The notes beneath the pieces were generated by a model that was not told where the DNA came from, made no database searches, and saw nothing but the letters and a program-made list of their open reading frames with translations. Source: a virus. Taken from it: a stretch of 64,000 bases of DNA. The stretch spans positions 13,138-77,137 of IMG/VR virus record IMGVR_UViG_3300005095_000179; one strand, written 5' to 3'. The translations under genes and the position numbers were made by a program. Position 1 is the first letter of the stretch. Every line of letters starts with the position of its first letter. Below are positions 48,831 through 56,363 of the stretch, one piece after another.

Positions 48831-49637
48831 TCAACAGTCAAATTTACCTGAAACACATCCTTCGATGTACCACTCTGGTTCGTTTCCTTCTAATGGAGAA
48901 TTCTTAAACATGTCTTTAATATAGTTTAAGTTTTTAGGTTCCCACTTAGAGATATCTCCGTTGAATTCTGATTCTTCAAACATACAACACGTACTGGTAA
49001 CATTCCCGACATTCCACTTAGAGATATCTCCGTTGAAAGAAGATTGTCTGAACATGGTACCCATATCATTTACATTACTTACATCCCATTTAGAGATATC
49101 TCCGTTAAAAGAAGACCCATCAAACATCCCATACATACTCCTAACATTCCCAACATTCCAATTAGAAATGTCTCCATTAAATTTAGAATCATAAAACAAA
49201 TCTTCCATATCAGTGATTCTAGATACGTCTATGTCATTTAGGTCAGCGTCATCACCTCTTTTTTCTATTAATTCATTTATTAAAGATTCCAATTCTTCTT
49301 CATTTTTAGGAAAGAACTGATAAACTTTTCCACTAGGTTTTCTCGGTGGATTAGAACCTAAACTTCTTCCTAAGAACTTTTTCATGTCTCGTACTTTAGA
49401 AAGGTCTTTAATTGACTTTAGTTTTCTTGAAACTGAGAAATACTCATCACCTTCTTTGAATCCAACCAAGTACCCTTCAGTGTTGAAGACTAAAGTCATA
49501 TTGTCGTATTCTACTTCTAACCTATCCGGATATGTTTCGATGTTGATGGTTTTTGAACCTATGTAGTCCTTAATTAAAAACAAATACTTATCTGATTGGG
49601 ATCCGATTTTTAATTCTTGGATAATTTCTCTTATCAT
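48831..49637 (-). CDS. BspA/DUF285-family repeat protein
   Basis: DLNDIDVSRITDM and repeated FNGDISxWxVxNVxxM units; AAGGAG RBS; late promoter at 49665. Confidence 0.85.
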   Translation of the reverse strand: MIREIIQELKIGSQSDKYLFLIKDYIGSKTINIETYPDRLEVEYDNMTLVFNTEGYLVGFKEGDEYFSVSRKLKSIKDLSKVRDMKKFLGRSLGSNPPRKPSGKVYQFFPKNEEELESLINELIEKRGDDADLNDIDVSRITDMEDLFYDSKFNGDISNWNVGNVRSMYGMFDGSSFNGDISKWDVSNVNDMGTMFRQSSFNGDISKWNVGNVTSTCCMFEESEFNGDISKWEPKNLNYIKDMFKNSPLEGNEPEWYIEGCVSGKFDC

Positions 49638-49664
49638 TTTTGCTCCTTATGAAAATTCTAAAGT

Positions 49665-49671
49665 TATTTAA
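49665..49671 (-). promoter_or_regulatory. late promoter TTAAATA
   Basis: Upstream of the DUF285 gene; overlaps the stop of the 53-aa ORF. Confidence 0.65.
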
Positions 49672-49829
49672 TCTTCCATGTATTCACTTAATTCATATTT
49701 TTCGATATCTTCGTCACTCATACTGTAAACTATCTTTAGAATCCCATTCACTGATTTTGATATAGGTTGTTGAAGTTTATCTATCACTTCTTTCTCGAAA
49801 TTTATTCTTACTTGTATGAATTTTCCCAT
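49668..49829 (-). CDS. 53-aa protein with RHH-like N-terminus and IntN-like acidic tail (not in ORF track)
   Basis: MGKFIQVRINFEKEVIDKLQQPISKSVNGILKIVYSMSDEDIEKYELSEYMED; AAGGA RBS; overlaps the end of the endonuclease gene. Confidence 0.7.
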   Translation of the reverse strand: MGKFIQVRINFEKEVIDKLQQPISKSVNGILKIVYSMSDEDIEKYELSEYMED

Positions 49830-51663
49830 AATTTTTCCTTATTCTATATTTATAGTTTCCGCAATCATGAAATATCCTATATCCATTTATCATTAAATTT
49901 TCATTCGCTGTGAGGTGTTCGTTGAAATTTTCTAGTAAGTTCTTTAGTTTATGTTTTTGATACTTCATCCTATTCTCTAATTTAAATGTTTTAGGATTCA
50001 AAACGAACATGTTTGGCTTTGTGATTGATAACATTTTAGAAAACTTGGAATACACATTTTCCTTAAATGTCCACCTTCTATTCCCATATGAAATGATTTC
50101 TTCTACATTATTGTATTTGAAATATTCATTCAACAACTTAGAGTATCCTCCAATGACAATGGTGTTTCTCAGTGAAGCAAATCTATGAAGTTCGTATTCG
50201 TCCTTAAATCTAGACTTTCCGAATGTCATAACTGAAACTAATTCTCCATCTATCTCTAAACCAAAGTTTTCCTTCGCAGCAGTACTTCCTTGGAGATGAT
50301 TTAAATCTAAAAATTTAGAAGCTTCTTTATGAGAAATTCTTCTTACTTTAGTTTTTCTAGCTGGTATTTTATCAGCTTTCCCAAGTTTTAGGAGAATTTT
50401 ACTTTTCCAAATTTCTTTTTTAATTGGGTCTAACCACTCATCTTCGTTTATATGAAATAAGTGAATATCTCTTTCTTCACACAATTCAGTTTTATTCAGG
50501 TGATAGTTCTTGTCCATAATCTTATTGAACTTTTCGTATTTAGAAATTCCAGAGGTGTGATACATTAATCCGTTGAATTCTATCGCAAAGTTCAGTTCTG
50601 GGATAAAAATGTCTAATTCAAGAGGAGTAATGGTTCTCCTGTCATTCTTTCTTACTTCACCATTATAGTTTTCTTTTATGAAGTCATATATCTCAAATTC
50701 TAAACTTTCTCTTCTGAAGAATTTGTCATCAAATCCCATATCTCCCAATATTGGAATTAAGTATGCTCTAGAAACATTATAGTACTCTTCCATTTCTTTT
50801 AAGGAAACCTTATCTCCTTTAAGAAATTTATCTTCCACCACTTTCTTAGAAAGTTCTAAATCTGAATTAAAATCTTTGAAGTAGTAATGTCTAACTCCAT
50901 ATTTCTCAATGAAAGTAGCTTCCAATGAATTATACCATTTTCTATTTCTTTCTTCAAAAATCTTTAAGCCAAGTTCTTCTCCGTACTTTTCTATACATAT
51001 TTCTTTACTGAACCGTTTTTGAATTTCACTGATTTTCTTTCTAGCTTCTTCCTCACTAAGTCCTCTTTTGGTCCAATACAGTACTTGTGTATAAGTGACC
51101 CTTTTACTTGAATTATCTGAATCCCAGAATGTTTTAGCTAAATCACTTTGGTACTTTGACACCAATTCTTTCGCTTCTTTTTGTGAGAATCCTTGAGATA
51201 TATGCCTTTCTTCTCTATTTGGAAGATTTCTAGTTCTTTTCTTTATAAGTTCTTTTCGTTTTTGTTCATAATCATCTTTATATTTCTTTTTCATGAATGT
51301 CTCAGAACAAGAATCGAAAATCTTTCTTTCTTCTTTTGACATTTTTTGTATAGTAGAAGTTCCCTTCTTAGAATTGGTATCTGCTAAAGATTTTGACATT
51401 TCCTCAGCTTCTGTTTCGGAATATCCCCTGATAGTCCAAAATTCCTTTCTGAAGAAACTTTTTTGTGATCTACCGTATATTTCATTGTAGAATTTTGCGT
51501 GGAAGTACGAGTCATTGAAAGTCTCATCTAAGTTTTCTTCAAACCACTGCTTTATTTCTTTAGTATGATGTTTGTAATTATGGTCTTTTGATTTTAAGTA
51601 AGTGTCGAATTCTTCTAAAGTTTTTATTTCTTTGAAGAATTTTCTGTTTTTGTTAAGTTTCAT
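49777..51663 (-). CDS. free-standing Hef/Vsr-like homing endonuclease
   Basis: ELDIFIPELNFAIEFNGLMYH...HINEDEW nuclease core; ARKTKVR...FLDLNHLQG domain; WTxRGxSExEA repeats. Confidence 0.85.
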   Translation of the reverse strand: MKLNKNRKFFKEIKTLEEFDTYLKSKDHNYKHHTKEIKQWFEENLDETFNDSYFHAKFYNEIYGRSQKSFFRKEFWTIRGYSETEAEEMSKSLADTNSKKGTSTIQKMSKEERKIFDSCSETFMKKKYKDDYEQKRKELIKKRTRNLPNREERHISQGFSQKEAKELVSKYQSDLAKTFWDSDNSSKRVTYTQVLYWTKRGLSEEEARKKISEIQKRFSKEICIEKYGEELGLKIFEERNRKWYNSLEATFIEKYGVRHYYFKDFNSDLELSKKVVEDKFLKGDKVSLKEMEEYYNVSRAYLIPILGDMGFDDKFFRRESLEFEIYDFIKENYNGEVRKNDRRTITPLELDIFIPELNFAIEFNGLMYHTSGISKYEKFNKIMDKNYHLNKTELCEERDIHLFHINEDEWLDPIKKEIWKSKILLKLGKADKIPARKTKVRRISHKEASKFLDLNHLQGSTAAKENFGLEIDGELVSVMTFGKSRFKDEYELHRFASLRNTIVIGGYSKLLNEYFKYNNVEEIISYGNRRWTFKENVYSKFSKMLSITKPNMFVLNPKTFKLENRMKYQKHKLKNLLENFNEHLTANENLMINGYRIFHDCGNYKYRIRKNYGKIHTSKNKFRERSDR

Positions 51664-51726
51664 TCATACTCCCTGACTTGATACAGTCTTTTAAGCTTAA
51701 ATATGAAATAATCGTTGGTTAAAGAT

Positions 51727-52089
51727 TTAATCGACGAATTCTTCTAAGTTATATTTTTCTATATCTTCTTCTGAAAGATAGAATTCCATTTCCTGTTTTT
51801 CACTCAGACATTTCCCTATCCCCGTTGCCCCACTCAATAAAACAACCTTATACTTATTAGTTTCATAAAAAGGTGTTGGGAATATATCCACAAGCCTTTC
51901 TTTCCAGAATGGGAAAACAGCTTTTCCACCATCCAAAGAACCACCTAAATAATAATCATTAGAAATAAACTCAGAAATTGTTGGAGGAGTTTCTATGTAA
52001 GAATTATTCTTAGCATAAAGGTCGAAGAGATAGTTCATATCTCTTCCATCTAAAGATTCTATTCTATCTTTATCTAATTTCAGGCTCAT
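51727..52089 (-). CDS. terL: terminase large subunit N-terminal part with C-terminal split-intein IntN (aa 94-120)
   Basis: PPTISEFISNDYYLG, then Walker A LSGATGIGK followed by CLSEKQ... instead of T. Confidence 0.92.
   Translation of the reverse strand: MSLKLDKDRIESLDGRDMNYLFDLYAKNNSYIETPPTISEFISNDYYLGGSLDGGKAVFPFWKERLVDIFPTPFYETNKYKVVLLSGATGIGKCLSEKQEMEFYLSEEDIEKYNLEEFVD
51730..51810 (-). mobile_element. split intein N-fragment (27 aa)
   Basis: CLSEKQEMEFYLSEEDIEKYNLEEFVD; Cys1 directly after the Walker A Lys. Confidence 0.88.
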
Positions 52090-52243
52090 CTTCTTCTCTT
52101 TTCTTTTTAGGATTTGGAGCAGTAGGAATTACTCCTAAATCACCATATCCTCCATCAGCACCACCATTACCGACACTTACAGTTGCTCCTGAAGAAGCTG
52201 CCTCTCCTTCTTCTTTAATCTTTTTGATAGTTTCTCTAATCAT
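52070..52243 (-). CDS. 57-aa protein (not in ORF track)
   Basis: MIRETIKKIKEEGEAASSGATVSVGNGGADGGYGDLGVIPTAPNPKKKREEDEPEIR; GAGGA RBS; fills the gap between flanking genes. Confidence 0.8.
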   Translation of the reverse strand: MIRETIKKIKEEGEAASSGATVSVGNGGADGGYGDLGVIPTAPNPKKKREEDEPEIR

Positions 52244-52244
52244 T

Positions 52245-52841
52245 TTATTCCTCTTTATCTTCTAATGCTTTTCTTTGCTCTTCTTCTACATTACTAAGGA
52301 AATTATCATCGTGTAGTAATGAACTAAGAATACTCTGTAGTTTATCATCGTCATCGTCATCATCACTTTTCAGAGACTCTTTAGCGTGTAAAGATAGTAA
52401 GTTTGCCTCTAGTGTACTGAAGTCTACTTCTTTTCTGATTTCTCTTATCATCTTGAACGCATCTGAACGCATCATTCTGGTATTTGTGTAAAGAAGTAGT
52501 AAATCACCTTTATTCATGTCATCTAAGATATCATCGTTGAATAATTTATCTTCGATTTTTCCTAGGAAACCTTCTAGTTTTTGAAGTTTTACCGCAGTTA
52601 CTTTAGCTAAGTTCGCCATAGCTAGGTCTATTGCTAGTTCTGCTGTACTGACTTCATGGATGATATTTCTTTCTGGGATTTTTCTATCTTTTACAAGACT
52701 TTCTGTTTCTTGTTTAATTCTGTCTGTCATGTCTGAGACTTCAGAATATTCTCCGTTCCCAGAAGATTCAGTTTCGAATTCTAGAAGCTCCTTTTCTGCT
52801 TCTAGTAATTCAGCTGCGACAACGCTACTTTCATCTTTCAT
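52245..52841 (-). CDS. putative terminase small subunit
   Basis: Helical acidic protein; first gene after the late promoter at 52866, upstream of terL. Positional inference only. Confidence 0.4.
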   Translation of the reverse strand: MKDESSVVAAELLEAEKELLEFETESSGNGEYSEVSDMTDRIKQETESLVKDRKIPERNIIHEVSTAELAIDLAMANLAKVTAVKLQKLEGFLGKIEDKLFNDDILDDMNKGDLLLLYTNTRMMRSDAFKMIREIRKEVDFSTLEANLLSLHAKESLKSDDDDDDDKLQSILSSLLHDDNFLSNVEEEQRKALEDKEE

Positions 52842-52865
52842 TCAATTCTCCTTGTGACATAACAA

Positions 52866-52872
52866 TATTTAA
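52866..52872 (-). promoter_or_regulatory. late promoter TTAAATA
   Basis: At the boundary between replication and packaging modules. Confidence 0.7.
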
Positions 52873-52877
52873 GTTTA

Positions 52878-54242
52878 TCAGTTCAATGCTTTATTGGCAT
52901 TGAGAGATTTCTTAAGTTTTTCGATGTCATCTTTCCAAAATTGTTCTGGTGATGTATTTGTGTATTTATCTAATAGACTTCTGGTTTCAGTAATTTCTTC
53001 TTTAAGCTCACTGAGTTTTTCGTGTGTTAGGTTATATAGTGCTTGTCTTAGAAGGTAATCATAGCCGCCATCAATCTTTTTAATTTTTTGATTCTTTTCT
53101 ATTTGATTGATGATTTGTTCTCTTTTCTTGTTGTTTATGACAATTGAACCATCAATGACAGACTTAACAAATACATATCTAGATAGTAATTTTTCTAATT
53201 CTTCTTTTGTTACTTGTATAAGATTTTCTTTTCTTTTAATATAAAGGTCTTTTCTAAGTTTCACATACCTTTCAAATATTTCTTCAGGAGTGTCGAAAAT
53301 AAGAATTCTGTTATTTTCTCCCATTACAACATACTTTTCTCCGAATTTCTTAGCATCAGTTACTTTGAGTTTAAGTGCTTTGAAAATTTCTTCGTCTTCC
53401 ATAGAAGAGAATTTCCTAGTTACCCTTACTCTAAAAAGGAATTTACCATCATCAGAAAGGTCTTTATATGAAGTGATGATTTTATCTTCTTTTAATTGTT
53501 CAAGAATGTCTACATAACATTTGAGTTGATACCCTACTGGGATTTCTGTTATTTCTATTGTAGTGGAGTTTATCCTTTCAAATTTACCGTACACAACCCA
53601 ATTCTTTTTATTATTTCCTTGTTCTACCTTACCAGTGAACCCATTCCATCCTGGTTTTGGAACTTTGACATTTTTTCCTTCAATATAATCCTCGACCATT
53701 TTTATGATTTTAGAGACTGGTCTAGGTAGTATATTTTGCATAAATCCAACACCAATAGCATTAACAGAACCGTTCACAAGCAACATAGGAATTACTGGAA
53801 CATAGTATCTTGGTTCTATTTTAGAACCCTCAAAGTACTGTTCTACCAATACTGGGTTATCTTCTTTTGGGAAAATATCTTCTAAATATGGTTTAGCTCC
53901 TGTAAAGATATATCTATCAGCAGAAGCTTCATTGATAATTCTTTTTCCAAAGTTCCCTTCTTCTCTTAGAAGAGGAAGGTTATTACTTCCAGCGAAGCTT
54001 CTAGCCATATTAACAATTACATCTGAAAGATTATCTTCCCCGTGCAAGTATTCGGTGTGTTCAGAAACTGTACTTTTTAGTCTAGACACCTTTACTTCTG
54101 ATTTTATATTTTTGTCAAGTACGGTGTAAAGTACCTTTCTCCCTGAGTTTTTAAGACCGTCTGCTAATGATGCAATTGACCTTAAATTATCATAGGAACT
54201 AGCATCTACATACATAGACCTATAAAAATCACTTATATTCAT
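52878..54242 (-). CDS. gp52: DNA topoisomerase II, GyrA/ParC-like subunit
   Basis: DGLKNSGRKVLY, YLHGE, GNFG and ASADRY (catalytic Tyr). Confidence 0.95.
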   Translation of the reverse strand: MNISDFYRSMYVDASSYDNLRSIASLADGLKNSGRKVLYTVLDKNIKSEVKVSRLKSTVSEHTEYLHGEDNLSDVIVNMARSFAGSNNLPLLREEGNFGKRIINEASADRYIFTGAKPYLEDIFPKEDNPVLVEQYFEGSKIEPRYYVPVIPMLLVNGSVNAIGVGFMQNILPRPVSKIIKMVEDYIEGKNVKVPKPGWNGFTGKVEQGNNKKNWVVYGKFERINSTTIEITEIPVGYQLKCYVDILEQLKEDKIITSYKDLSDDGKFLFRVRVTRKFSSMEDEEIFKALKLKVTDAKKFGEKYVVMGENNRILIFDTPEEIFERYVKLRKDLYIKRKENLIQVTKEELEKLLSRYVFVKSVIDGSIVINNKKREQIINQIEKNQKIKKIDGGYDYLLRQALYNLTHEKLSELKEEITETRSLLDKYTNTSPEQFWKDDIEKLKKSLNANKALN

Positions 54243-54252
54243 TTGTCTTTCC

Positions 54253-56067
54253 TTAAAGTTTAATTAAATCGAATTCGTTTTCTAGGATGTATTTCTTTCT
54301 GTCGTCGGCTCTTTTACTATTTAGCCATCCATCGATTAGCTCGTCACTTTCTTCGTCTTGTTTCAGAATCTCTACCATTCTTTCTAATCCGTCTTTTTTG
54401 ACTACATGTTTAAGACCCTTTTCTGTATGAGAACCAAGACCTTTGAAATATTTTACATTTCCGTTAAGAGAATGGGAGTCTTCTATATTATATACCCATT
54501 TATGAGGAATTCCATTTTTCATTTCAGCCATGATTGGAGTCTGTAACATTCCAACTCTTTCTTCATTAAGGAAATTTACTAAGTACCTTTTGAAGAACCC
54601 AAGTAATAACCCCCTGATTAAAAATCCATCCAAGTCTTGATCAGTTGCCATAATAGCAAATTCATAACCTTGAGTCATTAGGATTTGATACAATTCACTT
54701 AATTCACTATTGGAACGGAACGCTGCTTGAGATTTATCATATGCGTTAAGAGGTTTCCCTTTAAGTTCATAATAACCAATCTCTTTTCTACCAAGAGCTG
54801 GCATAAGACCACTTGAAGCTGACCTTCCCTCACAAATTAGAAGATATTTCTTTTTCTCAGTCGGAGGGTAATATTTTTCAGAGAATCTAGTGATTTTCTT
54901 TTCTGTCAAGCTTTCAAGTGCTTTCTTTTCTTTCAAGGCTTCTTTCATCTCATATATTTCAATGACTGACTTTATGATAGCCTTGTTTTTATAAAGATGT
55001 TCGCCCCATTTTTCAAAATCTACTTTCCCTATGTGTTCAGTAATTTTACTTGCCGGAGAAGTAAACATTTCTTTAGACTGAGAATCGTATTTGGGTTGCT
55101 TAAAGTTCTTAAAAATGACTATCATGGTCAATTTGTTCTTAATATCACCATTTTTGATATTCTTGTATTTCTTAGCGATCTTTCCTCTGATTACTGGTAG
55201 TACTTTATCTAAGAAGTAGTCTATTTGCGTACCGCCTTTAGAAGCATATAATCCATTTATATAACTAAAATATCTAAAATCATCAGCGTCATTTGGTAGG
55301 AATGCTACTGAATAGTTCTTTCCTTGGAATAAAGTGACATTATCTCCGAATTTGGAGAAATAACTCTTAGCGTCTGCTTTGATGATTTCTCCATTGAACT
55401 TGAACTGAATTCCTTCGTAACTATATGCAATATGGAATAGTCTTTGTTTTATTGCGTTTTTATAAGTTTCAGTTATCTTACTAATCCCAAATCTTTCTAG
55501 GTCTGGTTTAAAAACAACTTCTGTCCCTCTTTTAGTACATTTCACTGGACCAACGACTTCTTCTTTATCAATGTTATCTTTGAACTTAACAATTAGTTTA
55601 TTTTTACCATCGCAAGTCGTACCAGTGAATTCTTTAGAGAATACAGCAGTTGCGTAACTACCAATACCGTTCATTCCCAACGAACCAACATTTTTTTCAT
55701 CATCGAAGTTTGTTCCTGCTCTTGGTCTACCCCAAGCTAAGTAAGGGATGTATTTGTCTCCACGTTTTTCTACTGGGATACCTGAACCGTTGTCTTTCAC
55801 TTTTACTGTTGTGTCTGTAATCGTGACTTCTATCTTAGTTGAGAATTTTCCTTCAGTTTTAATATATTCATCTACTGAATTATCAATAATTTCATTGATG
55901 ATTTTTAAAAGTCCAGGAATTATGTAGTAATCCTCATACACAAACTTCCCGTCTTTTAAGTTAAAACCGCTTTGTTTTATTTCTTGGACAGCACCAATGA
56001 TGTTTTGTGGTCTATGAAGTAACCACTCTTTATCAGTTAGTTCTTTAAATTCATAATTATCAGCCAA
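54253..56067 (-). CDS. gp39: DNA topoisomerase II, ATPase + TOPRIM subunit (gp39+60 in one ORF)
   Basis: EIIDNSVDE, DNGSGIP, GMNGIG, CEGRSA, TDQDLDG and YFKGLGS. Confidence 0.95.
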   Translation of the reverse strand: MADNYEFKELTDKEWLLHRPQNIIGAVQEIKQSGFNLKDGKFVYEDYYIIPGLLKIINEIIDNSVDEYIKTEGKFSTKIEVTITDTTVKVKDNGSGIPVEKRGDKYIPYLAWGRPRAGTNFDDEKNVGSLGMNGIGSYATAVFSKEFTGTTCDGKNKLIVKFKDNIDKEEVVGPVKCTKRGTEVVFKPDLERFGISKITETYKNAIKQRLFHIAYSYEGIQFKFNGEIIKADAKSYFSKFGDNVTLFQGKNYSVAFLPNDADDFRYFSYINGLYASKGGTQIDYFLDKVLPVIRGKIAKKYKNIKNGDIKNKLTMIVIFKNFKQPKYDSQSKEMFTSPASKITEHIGKVDFEKWGEHLYKNKAIIKSVIEIYEMKEALKEKKALESLTEKKITRFSEKYYPPTEKKKYLLICEGRSASSGLMPALGRKEIGYYELKGKPLNAYDKSQAAFRSNSELSELYQILMTQGYEFAIMATDQDLDGFLIRGLLLGFFKRYLVNFLNEERVGMLQTPIMAEMKNGIPHKWVYNIEDSHSLNGNVKYFKGLGSHTEKGLKHVVKKDGLERMVEILKQDEESDELIDGWLNSKRADDRKKYILENEFDLIKL

Positions 56068-56076
56068 AGAATCCTC

Positions 56077-56316
56077 CTAAAGTTTATATCTCGCCATAGA
56101 AAAAACTATTGGTCTTTCCCCATTAGCATTATCTAAAATATCAATTCCTGTTGGCTCATCAAATACACCTGCTACTAAGTACCAACCATCCAGTAGAGAA
56201 TTCGAACCTGATGTTAAAAAAGAATTGAATTTCTTCCCTATAATTTGATCTTTAAATTGATAAAGTCCATCTCCTGGATGAATTTCTGTGATATATAACT
56301 CTAATGTTTTTTCCAT
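56077..56316 (-). CDS. hypothetical protein
   Basis: 79 aa; AGGA RBS. Confidence 0.6.
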   Translation of the reverse strand: MEKTLELYITEIHPGDGLYQFKDQIIGKKFNSFLTSGSNSLLDGWYLVAGVFDEPTGIDILDNANGERPIVFSMARYKL

Positions 56317-56363
56317 TTTCTTTCCTATATTTCTTTACTAATGATACTATTTTAATCTTAAGA

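Noticed and set aside
48342-51726. Group I/II intron splitting terL
   Set aside because: Both halves carry intein motifs and have their own start and stop; no intron core was recognised.
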